Positions 9,610 through 19,267 of a DNA stretch of 64,000 nucleotides are shown one piece after another. The position numbers were made by a program, and so were the translations under genes. The DNA is from a virus: the UHGV virus genome UHGV-0204105; one strand, 5' to 3'. The notes beneath the pieces are model-generated. The model saw only the letters and a program-made list of their open reading frames with translations, ran no database searches and had not been told where the DNA came from. The stretch's first letter is position 1, and every line of letters starts with the position of its first letter.

Positions 9610-12432
9610 ATGAGCTATCTTTGTATCAAAAAGCAGCAACCGACGGCGGGAGCAAAGGGCATTTTGTGTGGCGGCGTGTTTTTGCCTATTGAAAGCTATG
9701 AATCTGAGCCCCCTACTCCGGCATCGCAAATACCCTCTGAGGGGCTGACGCTTTATGTTCCTTTGTCGGAAGCTCCCAATGCCTCGGAATGGGCTGGATA
9801 CGGGTCTATAACCTACAAAACAGTTGACGGAGTGCCTTGCGCTTATTTTAACGGCGATAACAGCAACGGTTTGTATATGGGGGGAAAAGCGTTTGAGACG
9901 CAAACTTTTACAGTAAGCATCGTATTCAACACAAAAAGTTTTTCACCTACATCAGGATATATGCCATATCTGGTCAACTTCGGAACTTCTAGTTCTGATA
10001 ACTCGCGGCTTGCATTGCGTCTTGACAACTATTACAGCAATAACAGAAACGCGCTCGCCATGGTGTATAACGGCGTTTATCTGTTGGTTCAAAATTTGAG
10101 CGCGGATACATGGTATTCCGCGCAAATGAAGTTTGACGGAAGGCAAATATCGCTGTATTTGAACGGGGAATTAAAATCGCAATTTAATGTTTCAGCGATG
10201 GAGATTCAATCGGGAGTTTGGATTGGTAAGTCGCCTAGCAACGACGGAGCTTTCAACGGGTATTTGTCTTCATTGCGTGTATACAACCGCGCCTTGTCGG
10301 ACGCGGAAATAGCGTTGCTTGCGCGGGAATTCGTGTTTAATCCCGCTCCTTTGGCTGGGAGAAAAGGTCTTCTTGTCCCTGTCGGTGAAAGCGTGGCGGT
10401 GCCTCCGGCAAACGGGCTGGTATTTTACGCGTCTTATGCGGAGGATATGACAGATTCGGACGGGGAAAGCCCAGTTGACGGGACGGGCTACACTATCGTT
10501 GAAGACGCGGCTGGTTTTACGTGTCTCGATGTTGAAAAAAGCAACATGCAGAATTCAATTTCTTACGCAGGAACGCAAGAGAAAATGCAATTCGGAACAG
10601 GGAATTTTGCGATTGCTTTCTTTATGAAAAGCATGAAGCCGTGGGCGAATTACAACGGGGTGGTTCTTGCTACAAAACTGAGTGACGGAAATTCTGGTGC
10701 AGAAGGTTTTGTTTTTTACAAGAATAGGGATTCCGGGAGAAAATCAATAGTTGTGCGTTACGCAGATAGCTCACAGGAAAAAGATTTTTATTCCTCAAGC
10801 GACGTTGATACGAACTGGCACCATTGGATGTTTATGCGTGCGGGAAACAAGTTGCGCTGGTATAAAGACGGTGTTTTAGACGCGGAACAGGAATACGCCG
10901 GAGGGATTGGCGCAAGTGCTGACTTGAACGTGGGTGGCTATTATTCCTCGTGGTCTAGCTTCACATCTGCGTATTTCCGGATATCTTGCGTGCGTATTTA
11001 CAACCGCGCCTTGACGGAAGCGGAAATTCAGTCTCTTGCTTTTGAACATAACCCTACAAAATCGCTGTTTATCCCTCTTCAAACAGCCTATGGAACGCCT
11101 CAAGCCGGGCAGAAGGGGATTATTGTAAGGAGCTCTCAAGTTGTAGGGCATGCGACCTACAGCAAGAGCGCGGAAGCAATGCCGACGGAGGGGCTTGTTT
11201 TTTATCTCCCTTGCGACAGCGACAGCTATACCACAGCGGAAACAGGACAAACGCTTAGCAAGAGCGGAACGGTTACAGCAACGACGGTAAACGGCATTCC
11301 ATGCCTTGAAATAAAGTCCGGTTCGTATCTGAGCGGCACGCTTGACGGCTTTTCCGGTGATGTGTCTATGGCGATGTCGTTTTGGTTCAAGCGGCTTGAC
11401 AGCAGCTCGAGCGGTTATGTTACAGCCGGAAAGGGCAATTACAATCTCACAAACGGGAATGAAATTTGGGGAAGCGTGGAATCGGACCACATCGAAACGG
11501 CGTGCGGGAGTGCCAGCAGTGATGCAAAGCGTGCAGGGATTTACAATGCCTCGATTGGGACTGGCTGGCATCACGGCTATTTCAGCTATGACGCGACAAG
11601 CAAGAAGTTCAAGACAGTTCTTGACGGGAACACGGAAAACGCGGGGTATTCTGCTGAACGGTCGTACAACTTTTCAAGCGGACTAACGCTCTGTATCAAC
11701 TCACTTGCCAGAGCGACTTCCGCTGTAAAAGGTAATGCGAATTATTCGCAAATTCGCATTTTCAACCGTGCCTTGACTGATGCGGAAATCAAGACCCTTG
11801 CGGGAGAGTACAAGCAGGAGGAAATCAAGAAGATGTTTATCGCGGTGAAAGAGCAATCAGCAATTCCGGAAGACGGGCTTATTTTTTACGCGCCATTGCA
11901 AGAAAACAAGTCAACAGCGGAAACAGGACAGGCGTTGAGCAGTAATGGGACCATTACATATCAAACCTACAAGGGTATCCAGTGTGCGCATTTTAGCTCT
12001 GCTTATATCTCAAGTCAGCTTTCAGACTACATAACGCCTTACCCGATGACATTCGCAATTTGGGCGGCTCCTGATACGACTGATTCGCGTGCGCTATGGT
12101 CGTTTTCAAACGACAAGCCGTTGATGTACTGGAATGGCTCGTACCATGTATATGAACCGGATCACAATGTATCGGCGGCGAACGTGGGAGATTGGCATCA
12201 TATCGCATGGAGCATTAACTCCGACCGGAGCTCTACATACTACTTTGATGGCGTTGCAATGGGTACTGTAACATCAAGCAATACCAGCGCGATAAAATCC
12301 ATGTGCATCGGTTACAGAAACGGTAATCAACCGCAATGGATCGGGTATTTGGCGGGTTTTAGAATCTACAACCGGGCATTGTCGGAAGACGAAATCTCAG
12401 CTATTGCTGGCGAATACACACCGGAGGCATAA
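9610..12432 (+). CDS. Multi-LamG (ConA-like lectin) domain protein
   Basis: Four modules, each beginning P.eGLvfY and ending R(V/I)(Y/F)NRAL(S/T)..EI. Confidence 0.85.
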   Translation: MSYLCIKKQQPTAGAKGILCGGVFLPIESYESEPPTPASQIPSEGLTLYVPLSEAPNASEWAGYGSITYKTVDGVPCAYFNGDNSNGLYMGGKAFETQTFTVSIVFNTKSFSPTSGYMPYLVNFGTSSSDNSRLALRLDNYYSNNRNALAMVYNGVYLLVQNLSADTWYSAQMKFDGRQISLYLNGELKSQFNVSAMEIQSGVWIGKSPSNDGAFNGYLSSLRVYNRALSDAEIALLAREFVFNPAPLAGRKGLLVPVGESVAVPPANGLVFYASYAEDMTDSDGESPVDGTGYTIVEDAAGFTCLDVEKSNMQNSISYAGTQEKMQFGTGNFAIAFFMKSMKPWANYNGVVLATKLSDGNSGAEGFVFYKNRDSGRKSIVVRYADSSQEKDFYSSSDVDTNWHHWMFMRAGNKLRWYKDGVLDAEQEYAGGIGASADLNVGGYYSSWSSFTSAYFRISCVRIYNRALTEAEIQSLAFEHNPTKSLFIPLQTAYGTPQAGQKGIIVRSSQVVGHATYSKSAEAMPTEGLVFYLPCDSDSYTTAETGQTLSKSGTVTATTVNGIPCLEIKSGSYLSGTLDGFSGDVSMAMSFWFKRLDSSSSGYVTAGKGNYNLTNGNEIWGSVESDHIETACGSASSDAKRAGIYNASIGTGWHHGYFSYDATSKKFKTVLDGNTENAGYSAERSYNFSSGLTLCINSLARATSAVKGNANYSQIRIFNRALTDAEIKTLAGEYKQEEIKKMFIAVKEQSAIPEDGLIFYAPLQENKSTAETGQALSSNGTITYQTYKGIQCAHFSSAYISSQLSDYITPYPMTFAIWAAPDTTDSRALWSFSNDKPLMYWNGSYHVYEPDHNVSAANVGDWHHIAWSINSDRSSTYYFDGVAMGTVTSSNTSAIKSMCIGYRNGNQPQWIGYLAGFRIYNRALSEDEISAIAGEYTPEA

Positions 12433-12435
12433 ACC

Positions 12436-12834
12436 ATGAATTTTTATAAACCTATTTTGAAGTTGACGGCAGAGTACGAGAAGCGGACGGACTGGCTTTT
12501 CAAGCTGGCGTGGGAATACATCCCTATCATCAAGATTACAGGCAAAGAGGGGAAGAAACAAGCGGCATATCGGGCGGTTTCGGACGCAATAGAGCTCGCT
12601 CCGGATGACAATGTCGCGGTACTCTTCGGGTCGTACATACACGAACTTTACCACGCCTATCAGAGGCGAAAGTTGACGTTGCCTGTTTACTTGCTTGCGC
12701 TCGGCTTGGCGCGTCCATTGCTGGAAAAACGCGCGAAAGAAGAAGAGCTGAAAGCGGTTGAGTGGGCGGGGGTGTATCAGATAGAGCAATGGCGAAAAGA
12801 CGCGGAAGAGCGGCTTAAAAACCGCCGGGGATGA
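12436..12834 (+). CDS. Small HEXXH metallopeptidase-like protein
   Basis: YIHELYHAYQ followed by a downstream E (LEKRA). Confidence 0.5.
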   Translation: MNFYKPILKLTAEYEKRTDWLFKLAWEYIPIIKITGKEGKKQAAYRAVSDAIELAPDDNVAVLFGSYIHELYHAYQRRKLTLPVYLLALGLARPLLEKRAKEEELKAVEWAGVYQIEQWRKDAEERLKNRRG

Positions 12835-12851
12835 GGAAGGAGAATAAGCCG

Positions 12852-13364
12852 ATGAGTGAACATTGTCACCATAACCCGAAAATCGAGATCATCGAAAAGA
12901 CGGAGCACGGAGATATTTTTCGATTGCTGAAGCCGCTTCCGTTCAATTTCAAGGGGAAAAAATTTACCGTGCCTAAAGGTTTTTTGAGTGACGGCATGAG
13001 TGTCCCGGCGTTTTTATGGGCGATTGTATCGCCGCGAATCGACCCTAGAACGCTTTGCGGCGCGATTGCACACGATTATATCTACAGGGAGCAACCGCAG
13101 GGCTGGACGCGGAAAGACGCGGATAAGATGTTGTACGAGATTATCCGTGCAGACGGGCTAAGCTGGATTCGCTCTCAGCGCGTCTACTGGGGCGTTCGGC
13201 TTTTCGGCGGCGTGGCATGGCGGGAGAATCGCAAGGCGATTATCAGAGAGTACCTTTACCGTTTTTTGAGCTCAAAAGAGCGCGAGAGGTTGACAAGTTT
13301 TGCTACTGGTGTAAGGCGCGATGTCCGCGCGGGACGGCGCAAACACACAAAACAAAAATTTTAA
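12852..13364 (+). CDS. DUF1353-family protein
   Basis: VPKGFLSDGMSVP...AIAHDYIY...RKDADK...YWGVRLFG. Confidence 0.8.
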   Translation: MSEHCHHNPKIEIIEKTEHGDIFRLLKPLPFNFKGKKFTVPKGFLSDGMSVPAFLWAIVSPRIDPRTLCGAIAHDYIYREQPQGWTRKDADKMLYEIIRADGLSWIRSQRVYWGVRLFGGVAWRENRKAIIREYLYRFLSSKERERLTSFATGVRRDVRAGRRKHTKQKF

Positions 13365-13392
13365 AGTTGAGAGACAGAGGGCGAGTTAAGTT

Positions 13393-13680
13393 ATGACACA
13401 GGAATGGGCGATTGCATTGCTCGGCATTACACTGAGCGTGATGACTGCGATTTTGGCTTGGATGGCTGGCACGATATCGGGCATCAGGCGAGACTTGCAG
13501 AAGTTTGTGCAGAAAGAAGACTGTAACAGGGCAATGGATACGCATTGTGAGGAAATCCGGACGATTACGGAAGAAATCCGGAACGTTTGGAAAGATATCA
13601 GAAAGAACGATACGCGTATTGCACACCTTGAAAATCTGACTGGTTTCGTGCCGAATGTACGCAACATCCATCATTCTTGA
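13393..13680 (+). CDS. Holin-like single-TM protein
   Basis: N-terminal hydrophobic helix plus coiled coil, in the lysis-module position. Confidence 0.5.
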   Translation: MTQEWAIALLGITLSVMTAILAWMAGTISGIRRDLQKFVQKEDCNRAMDTHCEEIRTITEEIRNVWKDIRKNDTRIAHLENLTGFVPNVRNIHHS

Positions 13681-13684
13681 GAAA

Positions 13685-13713
13685 TCGGCAGAAGTCGGCA
13701 GAAGTCGGCAGAA
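13685..13713 (+). repeat. 10-bp tandem repeat (TCGGCAGAAG) x3
   Basis: tcggcagaag tcggcagaag tcggcagaa, intergenic. Confidence 0.85.
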
Positions 13714-13751
13714 TAAAATAAAAAAAACAAAAGCTAGGGAGACCCTAAAAA

Positions 13752-14093
13752 ATGAAAATGAAAAACGTCACGAAAATGGCAATTGCAGGCGCGTTTTGCG
13801 CTATGCTCCTCACCGGATGCGAACTCTTTAACGCGGACAAGAAAGCGGAGATTCGCGACAAGGCGCATGCGGCAATCATTGAGTTTTTGGAGACAAAAGG
13901 ACAGGATAAAGCCCTTGAATACATCAACAAACTCGTTGCAGAAGGCAAACTCGGCGCGGCAAATGCAGAGAAAATCAAGGCGGCTATCCCGCTCGGAATC
14001 GACAAAGTGAAAGAAGTCATGAACGGCGGCAAAACTGATTCCAACGTGAATACGGGAGCAGATACGAAAGCCACGCCGGAACAGGGCAAGTGA
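13752..14093 (+). CDS. Lipoprotein
   Basis: Signal peptide with lipobox LLTG-C. Confidence 0.7.
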   Translation: MKMKNVTKMAIAGAFCAMLLTGCELFNADKKAEIRDKAHAAIIEFLETKGQDKALEYINKLVAEGKLGAANAEKIKAAIPLGIDKVKEVMNGGKTDSNVNTGADTKATPEQGK

Positions 14094-14097
14094 TATC

Positions 14098-14343
14098 ATG
14101 GCACTGTACCTAAGAAAAACGCCTGTGGAGGCAATTCAAGTTACACGCAAAAACGCGGACAAGGTGCTTGAATTTGTGGGGAAACACGGTCAGTATTTCC
14201 CCTCTATGCTTGCTTTGCGGGTTGTTACTCCGGACGGGATTACTCTTGCAAGCGACGGGGAGTATATCGTCAAGGATGGCGATGACTTTTTTGTTATTCC
14301 GGCAGAACAGTTTGAAGCAAAATACAAAAAATCGGGAGACTGA
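14098..14343 (+). CDS. Small conserved-type phage protein
   Basis: RKTPVEAIQ...T.DG...ASDGEYIVK....F....EQFEAKY pattern. Confidence 0.6.
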   Translation: MALYLRKTPVEAIQVTRKNADKVLEFVGKHGQYFPSMLALRVVTPDGITLASDGEYIVKDGDDFFVIPAEQFEAKYKKSGD

Positions 14344-14349
14344 TAAAAT

Positions 14350-14781
14350 ATGACGAAAAGCAGGATTATTGCCGCCGCGTTTGCGGCTGTCGGGCTGGTT
14401 GCTTTCGCGACTGGATGTTATTCAACGGTAACACATTATGACGAAAACGGAAAAGTTATCAAGGTTGAAGAAGCAACCAATTTTTCGCGGGTTATGGACG
14501 GCACGAACGCAAAAAGTCAGCTGATGCTTGTCAATGGTTTTTACGCTGGATTTGAAGCAAGCGCAACAGCCGGAGAGAATTGCACGCCGGGTGTTATTAC
14601 CAAGTTCGCAAACGGGAAAATTGCGGTTGTCAATATCAAAGACAAAGCGAATTTCACTGGCGCGGATGCGGTAATCAAGACGTTTTTTGCGGGAGGGGTT
14701 GAAGTCGGACCCACTGGCGTAAAAACTCAGGAAAATTCGGCGAACAGTGCAGAAAAACCAGTTGAACAGGGGAATAAGTAA
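14350..14781 (+). CDS. Lipoprotein
   Basis: Signal peptide with lipobox FATG-C. Confidence 0.7.
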   Translation: MTKSRIIAAAFAAVGLVAFATGCYSTVTHYDENGKVIKVEEATNFSRVMDGTNAKSQLMLVNGFYAGFEASATAGENCTPGVITKFANGKIAVVNIKDKANFTGADAVIKTFFAGGVEVGPTGVKTQENSANSAEKPVEQGNK

Positions 14782-14784
14782 TAA

Positions 14785-15258
14785 ATGGCGTGTTCAGGGA
14801 ACTGCTCTGCGTGTCCATTCCCGTGCGCGGGAGCGTCAAAGCTCTTTGAACGCGCCAAACAAACAATTACAGGCGAAAACAACACGCCTGAGCACGGGGA
14901 TAAAACTGTCAAAGGGGGAATAAAAATGAGTGAAGCTGTAGGGGGATGTCACGCTGGGAATGAAGAAAAAATTGGTCGCCTTGATGAGCGGAACAACGCA
15001 AACACGGAGCGCGGCAAAACGTGCTTGACATGCTTTGCAGTCGGAGCTCTTGTAGTGGCTGGTTCTCTTTGGTATATCAACGGGAAGATCGACGCTCTCA
15101 AGGTCGAAATTGCCACAGGCATTACAAAAGTCCAAACGGAATCGAGCATCAAAATGCAACATCTTGAAAAGCGCGTGGAAGAGCTGAACCGCGATTGCGA
15201 ACAGGCGAAACGTGACTACACTTCCGCACGCGTCTATATCTCAAGACATAAAGAGTAA
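14785..15258 (+). CDS. Membrane protein with coiled coil (possible i-spanin); alternative start at 14926
   Basis: TM segment CFAVGALVVAGSLWYI followed by a coiled coil; Cys-rich N-terminus. Confidence 0.45.
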   Translation: MACSGNCSACPFPCAGASKLFERAKQTITGENNTPEHGDKTVKGGIKMSEAVGGCHAGNEEKIGRLDERNNANTERGKTCLTCFAVGALVVAGSLWYINGKIDALKVEIATGITKVQTESSIKMQHLEKRVEELNRDCEQAKRDYTSARVYISRHKE

Positions 15259-15260
15259 CC

Positions 15261-15311
15261 GTTACATTACTGTTACATTACTGTTACATTACTGTTACAT
15301 TACTGTTACAT
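15261..15311 (+). repeat. 11-bp tandem repeat (GTTACATTACT) x4.6
   Basis: Perfect copies immediately after the stop codon at 15258. Confidence 0.9.
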
Positions 15312-15337
15312 GTTTTTTGAACTCAAAATCGGCGTTT

Positions 15338-15383
15338 AGGCGCATTCTGAAAGTTTGAAGTTTCAACTTTTCAGGGTGCGCCT
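15338..15383 (+). terminator. Long hairpin, putative terminator
   Basis: AGGCGCATTCTGAAAG...CTTTTCAGGGTGCGCCT followed by a T-rich tract. Confidence 0.55.
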
Positions 15384-15437
15384 TTATCTTTATTGCAGTC
15401 ACTTCAAAAATAAAAAAAGAATAGGGAGGATTGCAAA

Positions 15438-15791
15438 ATGGCAACGCTGAATGACGTGGCAAAAATGGTTACAATGCTTTTCCCGGACGCGATACCGGGG
15501 GAAGATTTTAGGCTGGAAGTTCGGGGATACGGGGATCTGAAAGTTCCGGCGTTTTCATACTGGAACACTGCGAAACTAGGTATGAAGCATTCAATTCCGG
15601 AGTTGCATGAAGTCTATATGCGCTTTATCGGAGAAATCAATCGCGTAAATCCCACGGAACCGTTAGGAGACCCGCTTCCTGAACTGACGGAGCGTCGGGA
15701 AAAAGCGTTGCGCATGAAGCAGGAACGAGCAAAATTTAACTCGGTTCCTGAAGTTGTAGACGGCGTTATATTGACTAAAGTTGTACGATAA
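15438..15791 (+). CDS. XkdW-like protein
   Basis: LFPDAIPGEDFRLE...AFSYWN...PEL resembles XkdW-type phage proteins; GGAGG RBS. Confidence 0.45.
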   Translation: MATLNDVAKMVTMLFPDAIPGEDFRLEVRGYGDLKVPAFSYWNTAKLGMKHSIPELHEVYMRFIGEINRVNPTEPLGDPLPELTERREKALRMKQERAKFNSVPEVVDGVILTKVVR

Positions 15792-15819
15792 GAAGCACTC
15801 GAACGGGGAGGGAATTTTT

Positions 15820-16260
15820 ATGCTTGAAGCACTTGTAGGGACGCCCGAAAACGGGGAATTTTACAGCGTCCGGAACGCGGCAGATTTACTCGGATTGAAG
15901 AGCATCAGCTACACCCGGCGGCGATTAGGCACGCCGGATGCAGTGGAAAAGCAGAAAAGCGGCGTTCGGTTTTTGTATACCTTGCGTCACATTGAAAAGC
16001 TGAAATTTACACTCAAAAGAGAACGAAAAGAACGAGAATCAGAGCGCGGGAAGATTGCGTGTTATCATTGCCGGCGGCGGTGTGACAAATGCGCTCTAAA
16101 GTCCGGAATTTGCCCTGATTGCCAAGCGAAAAAGCTGGTTAAAAATTTTGCTTGTCATGGCGATTGTACTAAGTGCGCTCCAGATTGTCACCTTTTGAGA
16201 GTGCTTGACAGGGCGTTACATGAGTATGGACGCACTGTAGTCGGAGAAAGCGCAATATAG
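15820..16260 (+). CDS. HTH plus Cys-rich (Zn) protein
   Basis: YSVRNAADLLGL HTH-like start; several CxxC motifs. Confidence 0.5.
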   Translation: MLEALVGTPENGEFYSVRNAADLLGLKSISYTRRRLGTPDAVEKQKSGVRFLYTLRHIEKLKFTLKRERKERESERGKIACYHCRRRCDKCALKSGICPDCQAKKLVKNFACHGDCTKCAPDCHLLRVLDRALHEYGRTVVGESAI

Positions 16261-16268
16261 ACAGAAAA

Positions 16269-16289
16269 GCCGCCCTTTAGGGGGGCGGC
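16269..16289. terminator. Hairpin between convergent genes
   Basis: GCCGCCC-TTTAGGG-GGGCGGC. Confidence 0.6.
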
Positions 16290-16318
16290 GATATCTGCAA
16301 GAGAATTTTTGTTTGAAT

Positions 16319-16732
16319 TTAATTTAGCACGGATTCCAGTTTTTTCAAGTCCTTTACGGGAGCTTGTTCTATCTTTTTTATAAGCTCCTTTGCGGTAGTC
16401 TCTCTTTCCGCTTTTTCCTGCGGGGATTCCACGAAAAAGCCATTGCGCTGAACGGCGATTGCCGCTTCAGCGATGTTAAGCGCAAGCTCCTTCCGTGCCT
16501 GCGGGATAATCAGCCGACCGTTTTTGTAGGCTGTAAAGGTGGAGTAACTCACGCCAAGTGCTTTGCAAAAAGCGTCGGAAGTCAAGCCTGAAGCCTCGAA
16601 AATATCATCAAAAGTCAGCTTTTCAAGAAGCTGACTTCGAATGTCGGAAAATTTTTCGTCGCCTACAACATGCTTTTTTGCCATGTCGTATATAGCTTCT
16701 TCCCCGCTTTGGGGGCGTGTTTCTCTTCCCAT
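16319..16732 (-). CDS. XRE-family HTH protein
   Basis: LTSDAFCKALGVSYSTFTAYKNG; AAGGAGG RBS before the ATG at 16732. Confidence 0.65.
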   Translation of the reverse strand: MGRETRPQSGEEAIYDMAKKHVVGDEKFSDIRSQLLEKLTFDDIFEASGLTSDAFCKALGVSYSTFTAYKNGRLIIPQARKELALNIAEAAIAVQRNGFFVESPQEKAERETTAKELIKKIEQAPVKDLKKLESVLN

Positions 16733-16775
16733 TTGATCCTCCTTTTTTAGGACGTGGATTTTTTTGTTCAGCGCG

Positions 16776-17084
16776 TTATGCTTCCTCTGGTTCGCCAAAA
16801 GCCGCTACGTACTCTTCTGCGTCGCAATTTTTTTCCATCCATCCGCGGGCTTCGGACTCATCTAGGGGGATGATTTTTTTCCCTCCGCATGAACTGTTGT
16901 CGCTACAGCGGTGACTGTAGTGTGTCATAGGTCCGCCTTCCCCTGCAAGAAAATAGTTTCCTTTTTTTGTACGGAAAAGCCCTTCATCGATATATCTGAA
17001 GTCCGTATATCCGAAACGGCTGTAATGCCCGATTTCTGTTGCGGTTTCGGTGTTGTAAGTCTTTCCGTTGATGATTGCTTTCAT
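16776..17084 (-). CDS. Hypothetical phage protein
   Basis: INGKTYNTETA...LFRTKKGNYFLAGEGG, a common phage/ICE-type sequence; strong RBS. Confidence 0.7.
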   Translation of the reverse strand: MKAIINGKTYNTETATEIGHYSRFGYTDFRYIDEGLFRTKKGNYFLAGEGGPMTHYSHRCSDNSSCGGKKIIPLDESEARGWMEKNCDAEEYVAAFGEPEEA

Positions 17085-17111
17085 TTTTCTTCTCCTTCTT
17101 GAGTGTTGTTT

Positions 17112-17312
17112 TCATTCGCCGATTTCTTCAGCGAACTCCTTTTCTTCGGCGATAAAGCCGCGCAATTCCGTGCGCACTTCTTCTTCATCCGTGTATTCCT
17201 GTGCGGCACTTGCATACGCCCATTCTTCTGTTCCCTCGTTATGGGCATCAAGCCCGGCGGCGGTGTACTCTTCTTCAGCGATCTCAAAAAGTCTTTCAGC
17301 GGTAAATTTCAT
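17112..17312 (-). CDS. Small acidic hypothetical protein
   Basis: AAGGAG RBS; first gene after an AT-rich promoter region. Confidence 0.55.
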   Translation of the reverse strand: MKFTAERLFEIAEEEYTAAGLDAHNEGTEEWAYASAAQEYTDEEEVRTELRGFIAEEKEFAEEIGE

Positions 17313-17488
17313 CTTGTCTTCTCCTTTTGCCTTGCGGCGGTTCTTTTCTTTTTCTTTGTTTCGGGGTTGCTATCCCTGTTACAGTGATTACTATACACCG
17401 CTTTTTGCATTTTGTAAGCGAAAATATAAAAAAATTTGCATTTTTCTTGTTTTAAACTCAATTTTTCTTGATTATCTGATATTGATTA

Positions 17489-17947
17489 TTAATTATTGAT
17501 GTTTTGCGGGCAGAAAAAAGCGAAAAGCGTGCGCTTGTCATGCGATGATAGAAGCATCGCGCCCCGCGCTATCACATCCATACCAAGTAGTATGTCAAAG
17601 CCCGCACCCGCACCAGCCTCAGCTACTTTAAGGCTAGATAGTATAAAGCCGCCTTTAAAGCGCACGTCTACAGTATATATCGGCACGCGCTCTGTACCAT
17701 GTATTCCAGTGACTAAGGCGGTATCGATACTTTGCAAGCCCAGCGCGTGCGCTATGTCGCTTGATATCATAGATGATGTAGCACCAGTATCAAAGATAGC
17801 CTTACAGTCCCTTAGCGCGTCCGCTCCAGTCACCATGCCCTGCATAGAGCAAGCTATGGCGACTGGTACAGCTAACTCACGCGCGAGAGTATCAAAGTAT
17901 AGGGAGCAAGCAAAAATTTTGTTATCGCCTGTATTGTGACGTGCCAT
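17489..17947 (-). CDS. Retropepsin-like aspartyl protease
   Basis: AIFDTGATSSMIS and ILLGMDVI motifs. Confidence 0.8.
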   Translation of the reverse strand: MARHNTGDNKIFACSLYFDTLARELAVPVAIACSMQGMVTGADALRDCKAIFDTGATSSMISSDIAHALGLQSIDTALVTGIHGTERVPIYTVDVRFKGGFILSSLKVAEAGAGAGFDILLGMDVIARGAMLLSSHDKRTLFAFFCPQNINN

Positions 17948-18040
17948 TTTATGGACCTTTCCGGCGTCGGATTATACTAAAATCCCCGCTTTTGAGGGCG
18001 GGGAAACAGGAAGGGAGGATAAACCGGTATAATTTTTCGG

Positions 18041-18379
18041 TTACGTGGTAGTAGTAGCCGGATTTGCTGCGTTGAGGATGTTGAGAGTTGCAACCCCTCC
18101 GACGCAAATGATTGTGGCTAGATACACACGTTCGCCGACAAGTCCACTTGCTTCAGCCGCCGCACTTGTTCCTGAAAAGACAATGGGGATCACCGTGCCG
18201 TTACAGAGCTTAACGGCGGGGGGAAGAGTGGAAGTTGTTGCTGCCTGGACTGTCAGAATGAAAATATCCTGCTGACGGAGACGGCAAAGTGTGGAACGAA
18301 GCGAGTATATGACGTTGGTTGTTCCGACCAAGGGAGCCTCTAGCGCATATCTGCAAAAAAAACTGCGTTTGCAAGCCAT
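18041..18379 (-). CDS. Cassette gene A: small beta-rich protein (MAC...)
   Basis: AAGGAG RBS; downstream of 18464..19267. Confidence 0.65.
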   Translation of the reverse strand: MACKRSFFCRYALEAPLVGTTNVIYSLRSTLCRLRQQDIFILTVQAATTSTLPPAVKLCNGTVIPIVFSGTSAAAEASGLVGERVYLATIICVGGVATLNILNAANPATTTT

Positions 18380-18463
18380 TTTTGAATCTCCTTAAAAGCT
18401 TGATTTTAGGTTGTTCCCGTTCCAGTTTTTTGTGACTGAAACGGGAGAGTTTATTACTGATTT

Positions 18464-19267
18464 TCAGCAACCGGAGTTGCAACCGCAACCCCCGCAAGAA
18501 TTTGCGGCGGAGCATCCGCTTCCGGCGGCGTACTGACCGAATCGTTCAAGTACGAACAACTGCTGTTTTGCCTCTGCGAGTTTGCGCTCCACATCGGCGG
18601 TATACTGTGCCTGAATAAGCGCACGCGTCGCCGCGCCTTCTGCCGCAATTGCGGTTTTGAGTTCGCAATTCTGCATGGCGTGGTTGTAGTTGAGCTGTCC
18701 GAACTGCTGGGAGATGTTGGCATTGAGCGACTGAATGCTCTGCTGCGTGTTACAGCAACAGGAAGCGATTGCCGCCTGAATGTCGCGCTGTCCAAGCTGA
18801 TTCTGGTACGCGGAATTGGTAACTGCATTACTGATTTCGCGCTGTCCGAGCTGATTCTGGTACGCGGCGTTGGTGATTGCCGCGTTGGTATCTGCGAAGG
18901 ACTGGAAGAGGTTGGAACGGAGGTCGCTGAGTGTGTTTCTGATGCCATTTACAGTCTGGGAGGTGTAGTTTGCGCCTGCCTTGAGCTCTGCGATGTTGGT
19001 TGCGTCGGTGATAGCAAGGTCAGCACCGAGCGCGCCGATTCCGGACGTGCAACCGCAACCGTTTCCAGCTCGATTTCCGAAGCCGCCGCCCCAGCCGCCA
19101 AAAGCGAAGAAAAGCAGGATAATCCAAGCCCACCAGCCGCCGCCGAAGCCGCCGCAATCGCCCCAGTTGGAGTTGTTTCTGTTGTTGTTAAGAAGTGCCA
19201 TTGCCTCCCAGCCGTTAAAGCCCGAATTTCCGGCGGGATTGACGTTGTAAATCGGAACTGCTTCCAT
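18464..19267 (-). CDS. Cassette gene B: G/N/W-rich membrane-anchored coiled-coil protein with CCC and a Cys/Gly tail
   Basis: GGFGGGWWAWIILLFFAFGGWGGGFG; duplicated TN.AYQNQLGQR.I; SCCCN; GCGCNSGC. Confidence 0.75.
   Translation of the reverse strand: MEAVPIYNVNPAGNSGFNGWEAMALLNNNRNNSNWGDCGGFGGGWWAWIILLFFAFGGWGGGFGNRAGNGCGCTSGIGALGADLAITDATNIAELKAGANYTSQTVNGIRNTLSDLRSNLFQSFADTNAAITNAAYQNQLGQREISNAVTNSAYQNQLGQRDIQAAIASCCCNTQQSIQSLNANISQQFGQLNYNHAMQNCELKTAIAAEGAATRALIQAQYTADVERKLAEAKQQLFVLERFGQYAAGSGCSAANSCGGCGCNSGC

Noticed and set aside
15261..15311. CRISPR array (also considered for 13685-13713 and 37431-37501)
   Set aside because: Short tandem units without unique spacers, and no cas operon
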